Source: Candidatus Cloacimonadales bacterium (GTDB lineage Bacteria > Cloacimonadota > Cloacimonadia > Cloacimonadales > JAIOQZ01). Taken from it: a stretch of DNA of 64,000 nucleotides. Location: contig OY771587.1 of NCBI GenBank assembly GCA_963674825.1, forward strand, positions 2,880,001-2,944,000, written 5' to 3'. Below are positions 1 to 10,252 of the stretch, piece by piece; position 1 is the first letter of the stretch; every line of letters begins with the position of its first letter. The position numbers and the translations under genes were made by a program. The notes below the pieces were generated by a model that worked only from the letters and a program-made list of their open reading frames with translations, searched no databases and was not told where the DNA came from.

Positions 1-48
1 CTCGACGTTGCGCAACTCGCCTTTGCGCACGGTTTTACGTTCTGTCAT
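1..48 (-). CDS. 5' end of a phage late gene (MTERKTVRKGELRNVE...), possibly the prohead protease; truncated by the window edge
   Basis: ATG at 48 abuts the portal stop, with GGAGG RBS at 53-57. Function inferred only from its position after the portal. Confidence 0.45.
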   Translation of the reverse strand, partial: MTERKTVRKGELRNVE

Positions 49-1239
49 TCAGCCTCCTAATCTATTGGAATTGAAAAGTTTCTCGTCCTCGCTCTCGAAG
101 ATCGATGTCAGGTCGCCGAAGTCGAAGTCGGCGGGGGTGAGTTTCCAGCCGAACTCGGCGTTGAACGCGCTGCTCAAGACCTGTCCGAGCCGGTGCTGGA
201 GCGGCTTGATCACGAAATGGTGGAACATGAGCATGTCGGAGCGGTTGTCGCCACCGAGCTGCCCCGGAATGAGCTGTGAGACGATGCGTGCGGGGACTCT
301 GTGGTACGCGAAAATGCCCTCGCGCAGGTCTTTCTTCAGCGTGATGAAGCCGCCGTCGCGATCCTGTTGTCGCAAGGGTTCCAGTCGAATACGAGCGTCC
401 TTGTTCTCGGTCTCGATGAGGACGGTCGTGTGCGACTTGTTGTTGCCCTTGGCGGCCTGTAGCGTCTCCTCGATAACGGTGAAGGCGTCCTTCAAGACCT
501 CGTTTCCGTCGGCGTCCTCGACCACGTCGTCCCGCAGGCTGCCGCCCTCGACGATCATGAAGTAGTCGACGAGCAGACCGTTCTTGAAGTTGTTGTAGTC
601 GAACACCTTGACCTCGGAGAGGATCTCGATGTTGACCGCGACCGGCAGGCACGCCACGCCCCACGCATTGGACTTGTGGCTGGTCTGCTTGAAGTGGATG
701 ACGTCCGCGCCGGGGAAGTAGGTCTTCTTGCCGTTCTTGACCTGAATGAAATCGGGTCGGAAAAAGCCGAACTCGTCGTAGTTCTCGACGATCTGGGTTT
801 CGGTGGGCAGCAGGCGTTCGAGACCTACCCACTGGCCTTTCGTGTTGCGCATCTTGAGCAGGAAGCCGTTGCCGCACGACAGGTAGTATTTGAGGAACTC
901 GGCCAACACGGACGACACGTCCTCGCTGCCCGGATACTGCGCTTCGAGCAGCCATTTCTTCAAATTGGGGTTGGCGACTTCCACTTGCATCACGGTGGCG
1001 TTCATCTTGGCGGCGACGCATCCGGCGTGGTACTCGTCCTTCTCCAGCAGTCGCAGCAGGTTACTCATCGAGAACGGCGACGAGACGATCTTCCGCTGCT
1101 CCTGCGCCTTCGTGAGTCTGCGACTGCCAGTCCACTTACAGTTGTTTAAGTCCAGTTCAACACCGCCGTACCGCTTCTGGAGCAGCTCGTCGGTGTCGCT
1201 ATAGCCGACGTTGAAACCGCCGATCTTGCGCACCCTCAT
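49..1239 (-). CDS. Phage portal protein (PBSX/HK97-like family)
   Basis: 396 aa with portal-like motifs (YYLSCGNGFL, VIHFK...WG, I.AYHRVP, F...VIKPLQ) in a late operon. Confidence 0.8.
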   Translation of the reverse strand: MRVRKIGGFNVGYSDTDELLQKRYGGVELDLNNCKWTGSRRLTKAQEQRKIVSSPFSMSNLLRLLEKDEYHAGCVAAKMNATVMQVEVANPNLKKWLLEAQYPGSEDVSSVLAEFLKYYLSCGNGFLLKMRNTKGQWVGLERLLPTETQIVENYDEFGFFRPDFIQVKNGKKTYFPGADVIHFKQTSHKSNAWGVACLPVAVNIEILSEVKVFDYNNFKNGLLVDYFMIVEGGSLRDDVVEDADGNEVLKDAFTVIEETLQAAKGNNKSHTTVLIETENKDARIRLEPLRQQDRDGGFITLKKDLREGIFAYHRVPARIVSQLIPGQLGGDNRSDMLMFHHFVIKPLQHRLGQVLSSAFNAEFGWKLTPADFDFGDLTSIFESEDEKLFNSNRLGG

Positions 1240-1613
1240 GGCGTCACCGTAAGTACTTTCGCGATGCGGACTCTGCGGCCCGAATCGGCTCTGGCGGCGT
1301 AGTACTCGATCTGTGGGATGTCCAGTCCGAGGTGCCTGCGATACTGCTCGCGGAACCGCTCCGAGAGCGCGAGCGCCGCACTGTCCGGATCGTCGGAGTC
1401 GTTCACATCGACGATGAGAAACACGCCGATGTCGTGCTCGATGGAGGTGTATCGCTTGCTGGTGCCGTTGACGCCCTTCTCGCCCTGCAAGACCACCATT
1501 GCGGCAGGGAATGCGGACGGTACGTCGTCCTTGTGGAAGCGAATGTTCGCCGCATCGATTCCGCAGACTTCAAGAGCTTTGCAGATCAGCTCGCGGGTCT
1601 CGGCGTAGCTCAT
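1236..1613 (-). CDS. Phage protein, possible neck/tail-completion protein
   Basis: MSYAETREL... start overlaps the upstream stop. Size and position fit neck genes. Confidence 0.5.
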   Translation of the reverse strand: MSYAETRELICKALEVCGIDAANIRFHKDDVPSAFPAAMVVLQGEKGVNGTSKRYTSIEHDIGVFLIVDVNDSDDPDSAALALSERFREQYRRHLGLDIPQIEYYAARADSGRRVRIAKVLTVTP

Positions 1614-2077
1614 AACGCGACCTCGATGCTGTCGAGCTGCTGGAAGATCCACGACTCGCGGTTCTTGATCACTTCGGCGAACACGTTGCGCGCCGGAATA
1701 CCTTCACGCTTGATCTTCCCCCGAATCATGTACGCCATCTGCTCGATGCTGAGCTGCTTGCCGCTCTTCTTGTCCACCCACGCAAGGTTCTTGCGTTCCA
1801 CCCACGCCTTCAGCGGCTCGAGCGGTGTCCAGGAGGGAACCTTGCCGCCGAGCACGAACGGCTCGTGCGGCACGTTGGAGCCGACGATCAGGTCGATGGA
1901 CGCGCTCCCGACTTCCACCTCGTAGCCGGTGTTGGCGAGGAAGTCGCCCTCCGCCTTGATGTCCCGCTCCAGAATCAGCCTGCGCGCTTCGCCATCGATC
2001 ACGCTTCCAATGAGGTGCAGACGGCTCTCGATGGCCGCGAAGATGGCCCGGTAGATGGAGTTGTCGGAGGGGGTCAT
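1610..2077 (-). CDS. Phage virion morphogenesis / HK97-gp10-like protein
   Basis: MTPSDNS... with VGSNVPH.PFV.GG..P, PL..WV.RK and I.R.GIPAR..F motifs typical of head-tail/neck proteins. Confidence 0.6.
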   Translation of the reverse strand: MTPSDNSIYRAIFAAIESRLHLIGSVIDGEARRLILERDIKAEGDFLANTGYEVEVGSASIDLIVGSNVPHEPFVLGGKVPSWTPLEPLKAWVERKNLAWVDKKSGKQLSIEQMAYMIRGKIKREGIPARNVFAEVIKNRESWIFQQLDSIEVAL

Positions 2078-2538
2078 ATCACGCTTGCCTTGGTGCGGGT
2101 GACTCGATGTCGGGAGGTACCGAGAGCCAGCTCGCGGAGCCGCGAGGAGCCGTCTGCGTTGAGAAATTCTTCTATGGTTTCCAATGCCTTGAGTGTCAGG
2201 TGTTTGCGGAACGACTGCACCTCGGAGCCGGTCAGCAGTTCGGTCTGCTGCGTGTCGATCCCGGTCGTTTTGATGATGCCCTCGCCGAGGGTTTTCAGGT
2301 TGAGAAGCTCGACCGTCTCGGCTAACAACAGGTAGCAGTAGGCGAAGGTGTAGCTGTCGGCGGTGTCGTCGTCGACCTCGCCTGCGAGCAGGTCGGCCCA
2401 CACAGCATCGTCCGAGACGCGCTTCAGCAGCAGCATCACGGCGGGAGCATGCTCTTCGAACGTCGCGGTGATGCGCCGATCGTTGGTCAGGTTCAGGATG
2501 GCGACAGCCTTGTCGGTAGAAACGGGCAGCGCGGCCAT
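2074..2538 (-). CDS. Phage protein, possible head-tail connector
   Basis: MAALPVS... 154 aa, helical, translationally coupled to neighbours. Confidence 0.5.
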   Translation of the reverse strand: MAALPVSTDKAVAILNLTNDRRITATFEEHAPAVMLLLKRVSDDAVWADLLAGEVDDDTADSYTFAYCYLLLAETVELLNLKTLGEGIIKTTGIDTQQTELLTGSEVQSFRKHLTLKALETIEEFLNADGSSRLRELALGTSRHRVTRTKASVI

Positions 2539-2924
2539 CACCGATCCCCGTACAGCCAGACGTTGTTCGGCTTCGTTGTATCGACGTCGCAATGGATGAA
2601 GTTCTTGTCGATGCCGATACGCCGGAATCCCGCCACAATCAATCCGCGCAGTATCTTGAGTCGCGTCACGCTGTCCGGACACGCGATGTCGGCGGCCAGT
2701 CCGGCCATGTGCGCGGACTGCTTCACACCGCCTACTTCGGCGTTGTGCGCGAGGCAGCGGTAACCGCTCGTGATGACGAACGGTACGGCTGCGAGTTCGC
2801 GCGCCAAGTCCAGCTTCAGTACGAAGGTGGCGTCGAGTTCCACCTCCCCGCAGCACGGGCAGACGAACTCGCTCTTGCGGAAGAACCTGATGCGGTCCCA
2901 GTCGATCAAATCAATCTGTTTCAT
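2538..2924 (-). CDS. Peptidase M15A (Zn D-Ala-D-Ala carboxypeptidase-like) endolysin
   Basis: EFxCPCCG, ITSGYRC..HN..VGG...SAH..G.AADI and FIHxD motifs. Likely start is ATG 2924. Confidence 0.88.
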   Translation of the reverse strand: MKQIDLIDWDRIRFFRKSEFVCPCCGEVELDATFVLKLDLARELAAVPFVITSGYRCLAHNAEVGGVKQSAHMAGLAADIACPDSVTRLKILRGLIVAGFRRIGIDKNFIHCDVDTTKPNNVWLYGDR

Positions 2925-2930
2925 GAGGCG

Positions 2931-2959
2931 AGAGTACGAAAAGGACACGAGGATGGCAA
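2931..2959 (-). promoter_or_regulatory. Putative late promoter, probably leaderless
   Basis: Minus strand TTGCCA-17 bp-TACTCT, then 6 nt to the endolysin ATG, with no SD. Confidence 0.5.
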
Positions 2960-3123
2960 AGCGGGTTGCACAGGGATGCCACGGAAACGATATTCCAAGT
3001 TGCACACACGAAATGATCAAACTGATCGAATAATTGCGAATTTCGATCCATTCATAGATTGATGCATAAAGTGCCAAGGAGAACCGTGTGGCAGTCAAGA
3101 GACCTATTGAAATCAATATTATC

Positions 3124-3152
3124 TTGACATAATTATTTCCTATTCTTAAAAT
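3124..3152 (+). promoter_or_regulatory. Sigma70-like promoter for the cargo genes
   Basis: TTGACA (3124-3129), 17 bp, TAAAAT (3147-3152), upstream of the 3357 ORF. Confidence 0.6.
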
Positions 3153-3356
3153 TTGCACATTCATGATGGATAGGGAACATTCGACATAATCTGAAGACGA
3201 AGCTAGTTTAACACACTTTTCTGTAGGGAGGGTTCATTGTCGATCAAGATGGAGAAATGTCACAACTGTGTAGTGACCGGAATGTGGATAATCAAGTAAT
3301 GAAATCGACCTGAAAACCAATTGACATGAAACTGAAAATGCTCTATTGGAGGAATT

Positions 3357-6300
3357 ATGAATAAGTATCTCTTGATAATTGCCGCGATAATGATTGCAAG
3401 CTACCTTGCAGCAGATATCTACCAGAGCCCAAATGGGTATACATTTGAACATATATATGATTATTATGAGGATTTTGAGATTGCCAACGATGATGGGGAA
3501 CTTGCTGTAGACTTGAGTGTTACGTCAGCAATCAACGGTCCATATTATGATACCTGGCTTGATTACGACCATTATGTAACATCGGAAACTCCATGGTTTG
3601 AAGTATATGTTCCAGAACATTTTGCTTACGGTATCTATATGTTTAAGCTGTATTTGGATGGCAATCATATTTGCACAATGGATGCTTCTGCATCTCATGG
3701 TAGCTATGTGATGGTGGACGAGTTTCCCTCGCTGACCTTGGGAAGCCATTCTGTGCAATGCAAAATCTACAATGCTGGTGGGCAGAATTGTCTTTCCGTT
3801 ACTCCGATACTAAGCTTCAGTTGCTGTCCATTAAATTCGGTATACAAAAACAGCTTTGGAGATGAGCTGTACACATTGAATACTGGACAGAGCTCGATAA
3901 AAAAACCCCTACTAATAATCGAGGGATTTGATCCTACAAACTCACATTGTTTACCTTTTTACATGGAGCTTCTCGGGGCGTCGATGAATGAACTATCCGA
4001 CTATGATGTTTACTTCCTGAATTTACGATGTGGCGGTCGGGACCTGCGCGATAATGCCATGTCCGCTTTGGGCGCAATTCGTTATATAGGGAATAGTTAC
4101 GAACAAAACGGGCAACTCCATGAGGGAACGAAAGTTGTTGGACTATCAATGGGCGGAGTGCTTGCCCGATATGCTCTTGCTTTTGCTGAGGATAATAACA
4201 TAGAGCATTATTGTACTCAATTTATATCCTGTGACAGTCCCCAGCGTGGAGCTGTAATAAATACTCAGCTCCAACCGATATTCCAAAATCTCCATGACGA
4301 CTTATGCAATAGCTGGACGAGTTTGTTTATGGACTACTCTCAAGAGATTTATGACACAGCGATTGGTTATGAGAAGTTACGATCAATTGCAGCAACGCAA
4401 ATGCTACGTCAGAACGTTTATTCATCTCAGATAAATACATACGCAACGGGCTCGTCAGAATATCTGAACTTCTACTCCGAAATCAATCCGGAAGCTCGCG
4501 CATTATATAATCCATCATATCCAATCCTTAATCAAAGCCAATCCAACCCAGATTCTAAACCTGGTTATCCCTATAAACAGCACAACATCAAATCCCTTGC
4601 AATATCTAATGGTATGCTTATAATCAGTGGAAATACAGAATCCGGGTCACATTTACTCGACTGGGAATTCGAGGGTCACAATTATGATGCAGATGATCAG
4701 CCTTGGGATACTCAGTCAGGATCAACTCTTGGTCTGAAAGAAGCATTAGCCGGGATTCCCGAAGTGGACTTCTGGTGCTTCCATTTCGATGCTCCAGAAT
4801 ATGATCCATGCTTTATTCCACTTCGCTCATCACTTTATCTTAAAACTCAAGGTACTGAAGATACAAACCTTAATGACTCACAATTTGCGATTGATGTTTT
4901 CGACATAATAAATATTCCAAATGGAGTTGATACTCAAGAGTATCTGTCAGCGTTCAGCTACTTTGATGATGTAATCATCCAACCGAACGATCGTTATCAA
5001 CACGAGTATCTTTCTGATGAAAGCATCAATCAGCTTGTTGATTGGGTAGGTGACCCAAGTCTCAATGCAACAGGATATATTTCAGGAAACATTGACAATG
5101 GCAATGCGATCGTGAGAGAGTACATTGGTGATCAGCGTATATTCTCTTCACATGTGAATCCTGATGGAAGCTTCATAGTTCCATATCCTCTAATCTGTTC
5201 ATCCGACGTTAGATTGACGTTCGAGGATGATGGCTACTACAATGTCGATAGAACCATCAATATTGTGTACAGTGAGGGAAGTATCTCTCATGAAGAATTG
5301 TCAGTGCAAATGAATCAGGTAAACAATCAGAATATAATTGTTTCACCAGGAAATCCTGATATTGGCTTTGAAACGTTGAATGAAGCAATAGACTATATAA
5401 GCTCGTCAAATGAAACGGATTTTGTCGTGTATCTCGATGATGCTATCCATGCTCCAGCTATCATCAATTTGCTGAATGGGAAAAACATCAGCATCAGAGG
5501 TATCTCTCAAGCTGGTTCGATCATTGAAGGCTCACCGTGCTTGATTATGAACATGAATACAAACTGCTCAATATCGGTAGAGAATTTCACGGTTAGGAAC
5601 TCTGAGTATGGGGCAATTTTGATTGATAATGAAGTCACTGATTTCGATAAATCTCAGGACTGCAGCTATACATTGGAACATTTGATTATTGATTCAAATG
5701 TCAGCGGACATTCTCATGTTGTCGATCATCGGGCAGGGGGTATAACGATAAACAGTAACTCCTCGTGTACGATAAATATTCGAAGCTGCGAAGTGTCCAA
5801 TAATGTTAGCGAGTTAACGTTTGGGTATGATTTCGGATATGGCGGAGGCATACTCATCTCTGGAGGGGCTGAGATCAGTGTTGTTGATTGTACATTTACA
5901 TCTAATTCAGCAGAGGGAGATGCTGGAGCCATGTATGTGCAGGGTACAGATAACGTAGTAATCGACGGAAACTATTTTGAAGCGAATCAATTATCCATGG
6001 GATATAGTTATCCTGAAGATTGCTCAGGTCTTGCACTCGCCTCTTGTAACAATGCTCTTGTAACAAACAACGTTTTCTATGCTAATCTTCCTGGAATGGA
6101 TGGAGCAGTTGAGCTTGGGAAATATGCTCTCCAAGTTTCAGGTTGCAGTTTAGTCGAACTTGCCAATAACACGTTTGTTGACAACAGTGATCTTACTGCA
6201 ATCCAACTAAGTGGTGTGACATCATCAAAGATTGTAAACTCAATTTTCAAGGGCAATGAGAAAGGTGTTTCTCAGTCCTATAGTGAGAATCCAGATATCT

Positions 6301-7784
6301 CCTACTGCTTTTTTTATAGTAACGACACAAACCTCTATCCAGCTAACTTGCCATGCTCAGATTGCACAATGGGAGTTGATCCTCAACTCGATGAAAACTT
6401 CACTCCCATCTGGACAGCCACCAGCCGCTCCCCCGTCATAGACGCAGGCGACCCATACACGAACGGCACCTACTGGTTTGACGAAGGAGGACAGAAGGAC
6501 GCGGACGGCACACGCCCGGATATAGGCGCGGTTCCTGCTGAAACGCACGAAGGAGAGATCAAAACCCTCGAATATATCCAAGACGACGATGAATATGAAT
6601 GGGTATGCTTCCCAATCATTGACACAAGAACCGCTGGAAACGATATCGCGGCAAATTACTTCGGTGATATGCTTGATATAGACTACATCAACAATATTGC
6701 ATGGTCAGATAATGAGCAAATCTACCTTCATGAGAGTGAATGGCAAAACACGGATCATCAACTCACCTATACTCAGGGTTACATTGCTAAGATGAATGCA
6801 AGCTACATTCTTGAAGCAAGTGGTTTTCTAGCGCCATCGAATACTACGATATCCTTGGAAACGAATGATAATGAACCGAAATGGAACTGGATCGGGTATT
6901 TCATCCCGGAAGACATGGGCGTGCTCGATGCTTTCGATTCCGTGCTGGACAACATCTCTCGTATCAACACCGAAAGGTGGGCGATTGTGAAGGACAAGTA
7001 TGGCAACTGGGTTCCATTCGGCACCTCAACAACACCAACGGTCAAACGAGTCCTCAGATATGGTGAAGCCGTGAAGGTCTATTGTGAAACTGCTTGCGAA
7101 TTCTGTTGGGGAGATGATAACATCGTTCCTTCCGATGATGGCTTCAAGAGTACCGAGTACTACACATTTTCAACAGATGAAGATTATGCGACAGTAATTG
7201 TCGAGGTTGAGGCAGCAGAGCGTTCAATGCCCCAGGAGATAGCCGTGTTTCTTAACGGTGAATGTCGGGGAGCTTCTGTTGTGCAGGATACGCTGGTTCA
7301 AATCAACGCTTATGTCGTGAACGACACGACCGGTAACGATATAGAAATTGAGCTGTATTACGGAGATCGTTCACCTGCGAAAACTTACAAGGATTATGCT
7401 GTGCTTGATTTCAACACAAGAAAGTTAACGGGCAGCCGCCTAAATATCAAGGATAATGGTGTGTACTATATCGATCTGGGTATGGATGCGGAAGAGATCA
7501 TTCCTGTTGAAACAGTGATGGAACAGAATTATCCGAATCCGTTCAATCCCACGACGACCATCAAGTACTCGTTGAATCAGGATGGACCGATCGAAATCGC
7601 GATTTATAACCTGAAGGGACAAAAAGTCCGACAACTGATCAACGCAAGCATGACCGCCGGCTTCCATGAAGTCGTGTGGGATGGTAAAGATTCTTACGGA
7701 AAACAAGCTTCCAGCGGAATCTACTTCTATCGTATGAAAACACAACAGAAAACGTTCGTGAAGAAAATGATGATGATCAAATAA
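3357..7784 (+). CDS. Large secreted protein: alpha/beta-hydrolase + right-handed beta-helix + C-terminal FlgD-Ig/CTD domain
   Basis: Signal peptide; IEGFDP, GLSMGG (GxSxG) and DSPQRGA hydrolase motifs; beta-helix repeats; SPVIDAGDP...DIGA; C-terminal NYPNPFNP...WDGKD...SGIYFY...KMMMIK. GGAGG RBS. Confidence 0.8.
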   Translation: MNKYLLIIAAIMIASYLAADIYQSPNGYTFEHIYDYYEDFEIANDDGELAVDLSVTSAINGPYYDTWLDYDHYVTSETPWFEVYVPEHFAYGIYMFKLYLDGNHICTMDASASHGSYVMVDEFPSLTLGSHSVQCKIYNAGGQNCLSVTPILSFSCCPLNSVYKNSFGDELYTLNTGQSSIKKPLLIIEGFDPTNSHCLPFYMELLGASMNELSDYDVYFLNLRCGGRDLRDNAMSALGAIRYIGNSYEQNGQLHEGTKVVGLSMGGVLARYALAFAEDNNIEHYCTQFISCDSPQRGAVINTQLQPIFQNLHDDLCNSWTSLFMDYSQEIYDTAIGYEKLRSIAATQMLRQNVYSSQINTYATGSSEYLNFYSEINPEARALYNPSYPILNQSQSNPDSKPGYPYKQHNIKSLAISNGMLIISGNTESGSHLLDWEFEGHNYDADDQPWDTQSGSTLGLKEALAGIPEVDFWCFHFDAPEYDPCFIPLRSSLYLKTQGTEDTNLNDSQFAIDVFDIINIPNGVDTQEYLSAFSYFDDVIIQPNDRYQHEYLSDESINQLVDWVGDPSLNATGYISGNIDNGNAIVREYIGDQRIFSSHVNPDGSFIVPYPLICSSDVRLTFEDDGYYNVDRTINIVYSEGSISHEELSVQMNQVNNQNIIVSPGNPDIGFETLNEAIDYISSSNETDFVVYLDDAIHAPAIINLLNGKNISIRGISQAGSIIEGSPCLIMNMNTNCSISVENFTVRNSEYGAILIDNEVTDFDKSQDCSYTLEHLIIDSNVSGHSHVVDHRAGGITINSNSSCTINIRSCEVSNNVSELTFGYDFGYGGGILISGGAEISVVDCTFTSNSAEGDAGAMYVQGTDNVVIDGNYFEANQLSMGYSYPEDCSGLALASCNNALVTNNVFYANLPGMDGAVELGKYALQVSGCSLVELANNTFVDNSDLTAIQLSGVTSSKIVNSIFKGNEKGVSQSYSENPDISYCFFYSNDTNLYPANLPCSDCTMGVDPQLDENFTPIWTATSRSPVIDAGDPYTNGTYWFDEGGQKDADGTRPDIGAVPAETHEGEIKTLEYIQDDDEYEWVCFPIIDTRTAGNDIAANYFGDMLDIDYINNIAWSDNEQIYLHESEWQNTDHQLTYTQGYIAKMNASYILEASGFLAPSNTTISLETNDNEPKWNWIGYFIPEDMGVLDAFDSVLDNISRINTERWAIVKDKYGNWVPFGTSTTPTVKRVLRYGEAVKVYCETACEFCWGDDNIVPSDDGFKSTEYYTFSTDEDYATVIVEVEAAERSMPQEIAVFLNGECRGASVVQDTLVQINAYVVNDTTGNDIEIELYYGDRSPAKTYKDYAVLDFNTRKLTGSRLNIKDNGVYYIDLGMDAEEIIPVETVMEQNYPNPFNPTTTIKYSLNQDGPIEIAIYNLKGQKVRQLINASMTAGFHEVVWDGKDSYGKQASSGIYFYRMKTQQKTFVKKMMMIK

Positions 7785-7867
7785 CTCTCCCTAAATCCCT
7801 CTCTTCGCTTGAAGAGAGGGACTTCCTTAAGCCCCCTCTTTGTGCAAAGAGGGGGTTTGGGGGAGTT
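7783..7867. repeat. Branched palindromic intergenic repeat (BoxC-like C/T-rich and G/A-rich arms)
   Basis: Two inner hairpins TCCCTCTCTTC/GAAGAGAGGGA and CCCCCTCTTTG/CAAAGAGGGGG, enclosed by AACTCTCCCTAAA/TTTGGGGGAGTT. Confidence 0.65.
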
Positions 7868-7882
7868 GGAGTTGGAGCCAAT

Positions 7883-10228
7883 ATGAAAAACCTGATAATC
7901 CTGATCCTTCTCACTGCCGCAATCTTCCTCTCCTCAACCACCCTCACCGTCAAACAGGACGGAACCGGTGACTGGACAACCATCCAATCCGCCGTGAACG
8001 CAACCGCGGACGGCGACACGGTGCTGGTCTGGCCCGGTACCTACTACGAGAACGTCAACTTCAATGGACATGGTATTACCATCGCCAGCCTGGAACTGAC
8101 GACAGGAGACGATAGCTACATTGGCACAACGATCGTGAATGGCAATCAAACAGGGAGTTGTTTTGTATTGTGCAATAATGAGCAAAATGCGGTCATTCGT
8201 GGGCTTACGATAACTAATGGCGTTGGAACTTTGTTGAACAACTATACTCGAGGAGGGGGAGTAAACATATCTAGCACGGTTGCAGAAAATCCAGTTGAAG
8301 GATCAATAATTAACTGTCACATAACCAAGAATATCGCTCAGTATGGAGGTGGAATCAGAATTAGGAAATCGAATGTGTTCTTATCAGGCACATCAATTAT
8401 GGAAAATAGGGCTAATATCGGTGGCGGAATAGAAATTGAGCGATATTCATCACTTGTGTTTGATGATATCGATCGTTGCAGTGTATACAACAATAACGCG
8501 GGAGCACAGTGCGATATTCGTATTGCTGATGCAGGTAATGATATTCAAGTCATCGTTGATACATTTACCGTGAATCCACCGACAGAATATTTTTCCTACT
8601 TCTCTCATCAGATTGTCGATGAGGGGGAATTAACTCATGATGTTTTGCACGGCTGGATGGAGGAGGTGAATCATGATCTGTATGTAGCACCCGATGGGAA
8701 CGATAGCAACAGCGGTATCACGTTTGATGATCCTATACAAAATATCTCATGGGCAATGCGTAAGATCGCTTCCGATAGCCTGAATCCCAAAACCGTATAT
8801 GTTGCTGCAGGTGAATACAGCAAGGAGCTGACTAATCTGATTCTTCCGATTTCTGTGAAAGATTACTGTAGTTTACAAGGTGCTGGCAGTGAGGCAGTTA
8901 CTCTTTATAATGATCACGATATGGATTTTTTGGGTTATGGGGTTAATTCAAGCAATATTCAAGCATCCGGTTTTAAAATAGTTAATACGCAGAATCCCGA
9001 ATCTTTGATAACAACTATGTATTGCTCAAATGTAGTATATAATGATTTTGAAATGATTGGCGCTAATGGTGACTACATTGGAACTTATGGTGCCTTGAAT
9101 GTTGGAAAACATTTATTATCGAATTCAACCATACATGGAAATTACGCTTCATGGTGTGCCGGGGTAAGTATTTCGTCAGATACTACAATCATCCGCAATT
9201 GCCGCTTCGATAATAATCACTCCACCGGCAACGACCAATACGATATTGGTACCTCTCACCTCAAAATAACCATGCAAGGCGATGCCGTGGTGGAAAACTG
9301 CACGTTCGGCAATGGCACCAGCCAGGCAACATATGGCAGTACAGCCGTATCGATCAGCAGCATGAACGACCTTGAACCGCATCTCACCTTCCGCAACAAT
9401 CTGATCTACAACAACTCCGTGCCAACGGCTGCGACAGTCCGGCTGGAAAGCCGTGGTGGTGCGGATATCTACAACTGCACATTCGTAAACAACGATGCGG
9501 GGGTTGCAGCCCTACAAGTGGAAGGCTACGAGGTGAACATCGCTAACTGTATCTTCGATAATTATTCGCCCTACGAGATCACCTTCCACGATTGGACAAG
9601 CGACCCCGTTGAAACGACAGTTAACATCGATCACTGCAATATCAAGGGTGGCGAATCTGGTGTTTATATCCCCAACCTCGATATATACACGCTCAACTGG
9701 CTCGAGGGTAATATCGACGCTCCACCGGACTGGGCAAAATACGATCCGGAAGACTTGTTCCCCTACCGCCTGCCTGAAGGCGATCTCAGCATCGACGCAG
9801 GTAGAGCGGACACGACTGGGATGTATCTACCGATATACGACCTGATCTACCATGACCGCGTCATCGACGGTGATCAGGACGGCATCTCCCGTATTGATAT
9901 GGGTTGCTACGAGTACGATCCGTATCCCGTCACCGAAGAAGATATCCCACCCTACGAATCGGGTCTGACCAACTACCCGAATCCGTTCAATCCGAGTACC
10001 ACCATCCGCTTCACGATACCAGCCACCTCTACAGTAAAAATCGCTATCTACAATATGCGCGGTCAGAAGATTCGTGACCTTGGCGGCATCACCTATCAAG
10101 CAGGCGAACATGAAATCGTGTGGGATGGACGCAACAATCGCAAATCAACAGTCGGTAGTGGCGTCTATATCTGCCGGATGAGTTACTCCGGCAAGACGTT
10201 GTACCGAAAGATGATGATGATGAAATGA
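7883..10228 (+). CDS. Secreted pectin-lyase-like beta-helix (DUF1565-like) protein with C-terminal FlgD-Ig/CTD domain
   Basis: Signal peptide; TVKQDGTGD.TTIQSAV...GDTVLV.PGTY.EN; LYVAPDGNDSN.G; DMGCYEY; NYPNPFNP...KMMMMK. Confidence 0.8.
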   Translation: MKNLIILILLTAAIFLSSTTLTVKQDGTGDWTTIQSAVNATADGDTVLVWPGTYYENVNFNGHGITIASLELTTGDDSYIGTTIVNGNQTGSCFVLCNNEQNAVIRGLTITNGVGTLLNNYTRGGGVNISSTVAENPVEGSIINCHITKNIAQYGGGIRIRKSNVFLSGTSIMENRANIGGGIEIERYSSLVFDDIDRCSVYNNNAGAQCDIRIADAGNDIQVIVDTFTVNPPTEYFSYFSHQIVDEGELTHDVLHGWMEEVNHDLYVAPDGNDSNSGITFDDPIQNISWAMRKIASDSLNPKTVYVAAGEYSKELTNLILPISVKDYCSLQGAGSEAVTLYNDHDMDFLGYGVNSSNIQASGFKIVNTQNPESLITTMYCSNVVYNDFEMIGANGDYIGTYGALNVGKHLLSNSTIHGNYASWCAGVSISSDTTIIRNCRFDNNHSTGNDQYDIGTSHLKITMQGDAVVENCTFGNGTSQATYGSTAVSISSMNDLEPHLTFRNNLIYNNSVPTAATVRLESRGGADIYNCTFVNNDAGVAALQVEGYEVNIANCIFDNYSPYEITFHDWTSDPVETTVNIDHCNIKGGESGVYIPNLDIYTLNWLEGNIDAPPDWAKYDPEDLFPYRLPEGDLSIDAGRADTTGMYLPIYDLIYHDRVIDGDQDGISRIDMGCYEYDPYPVTEEDIPPYESGLTNYPNPFNPSTTIRFTIPATSTVKIAIYNMRGQKIRDLGGITYQAGEHEIVWDGRNNRKSTVGSGVYICRMSYSGKTLYRKMMMMK

Positions 10229-10252
10229 GGTTTCACGATGGCGTCTTGAATT

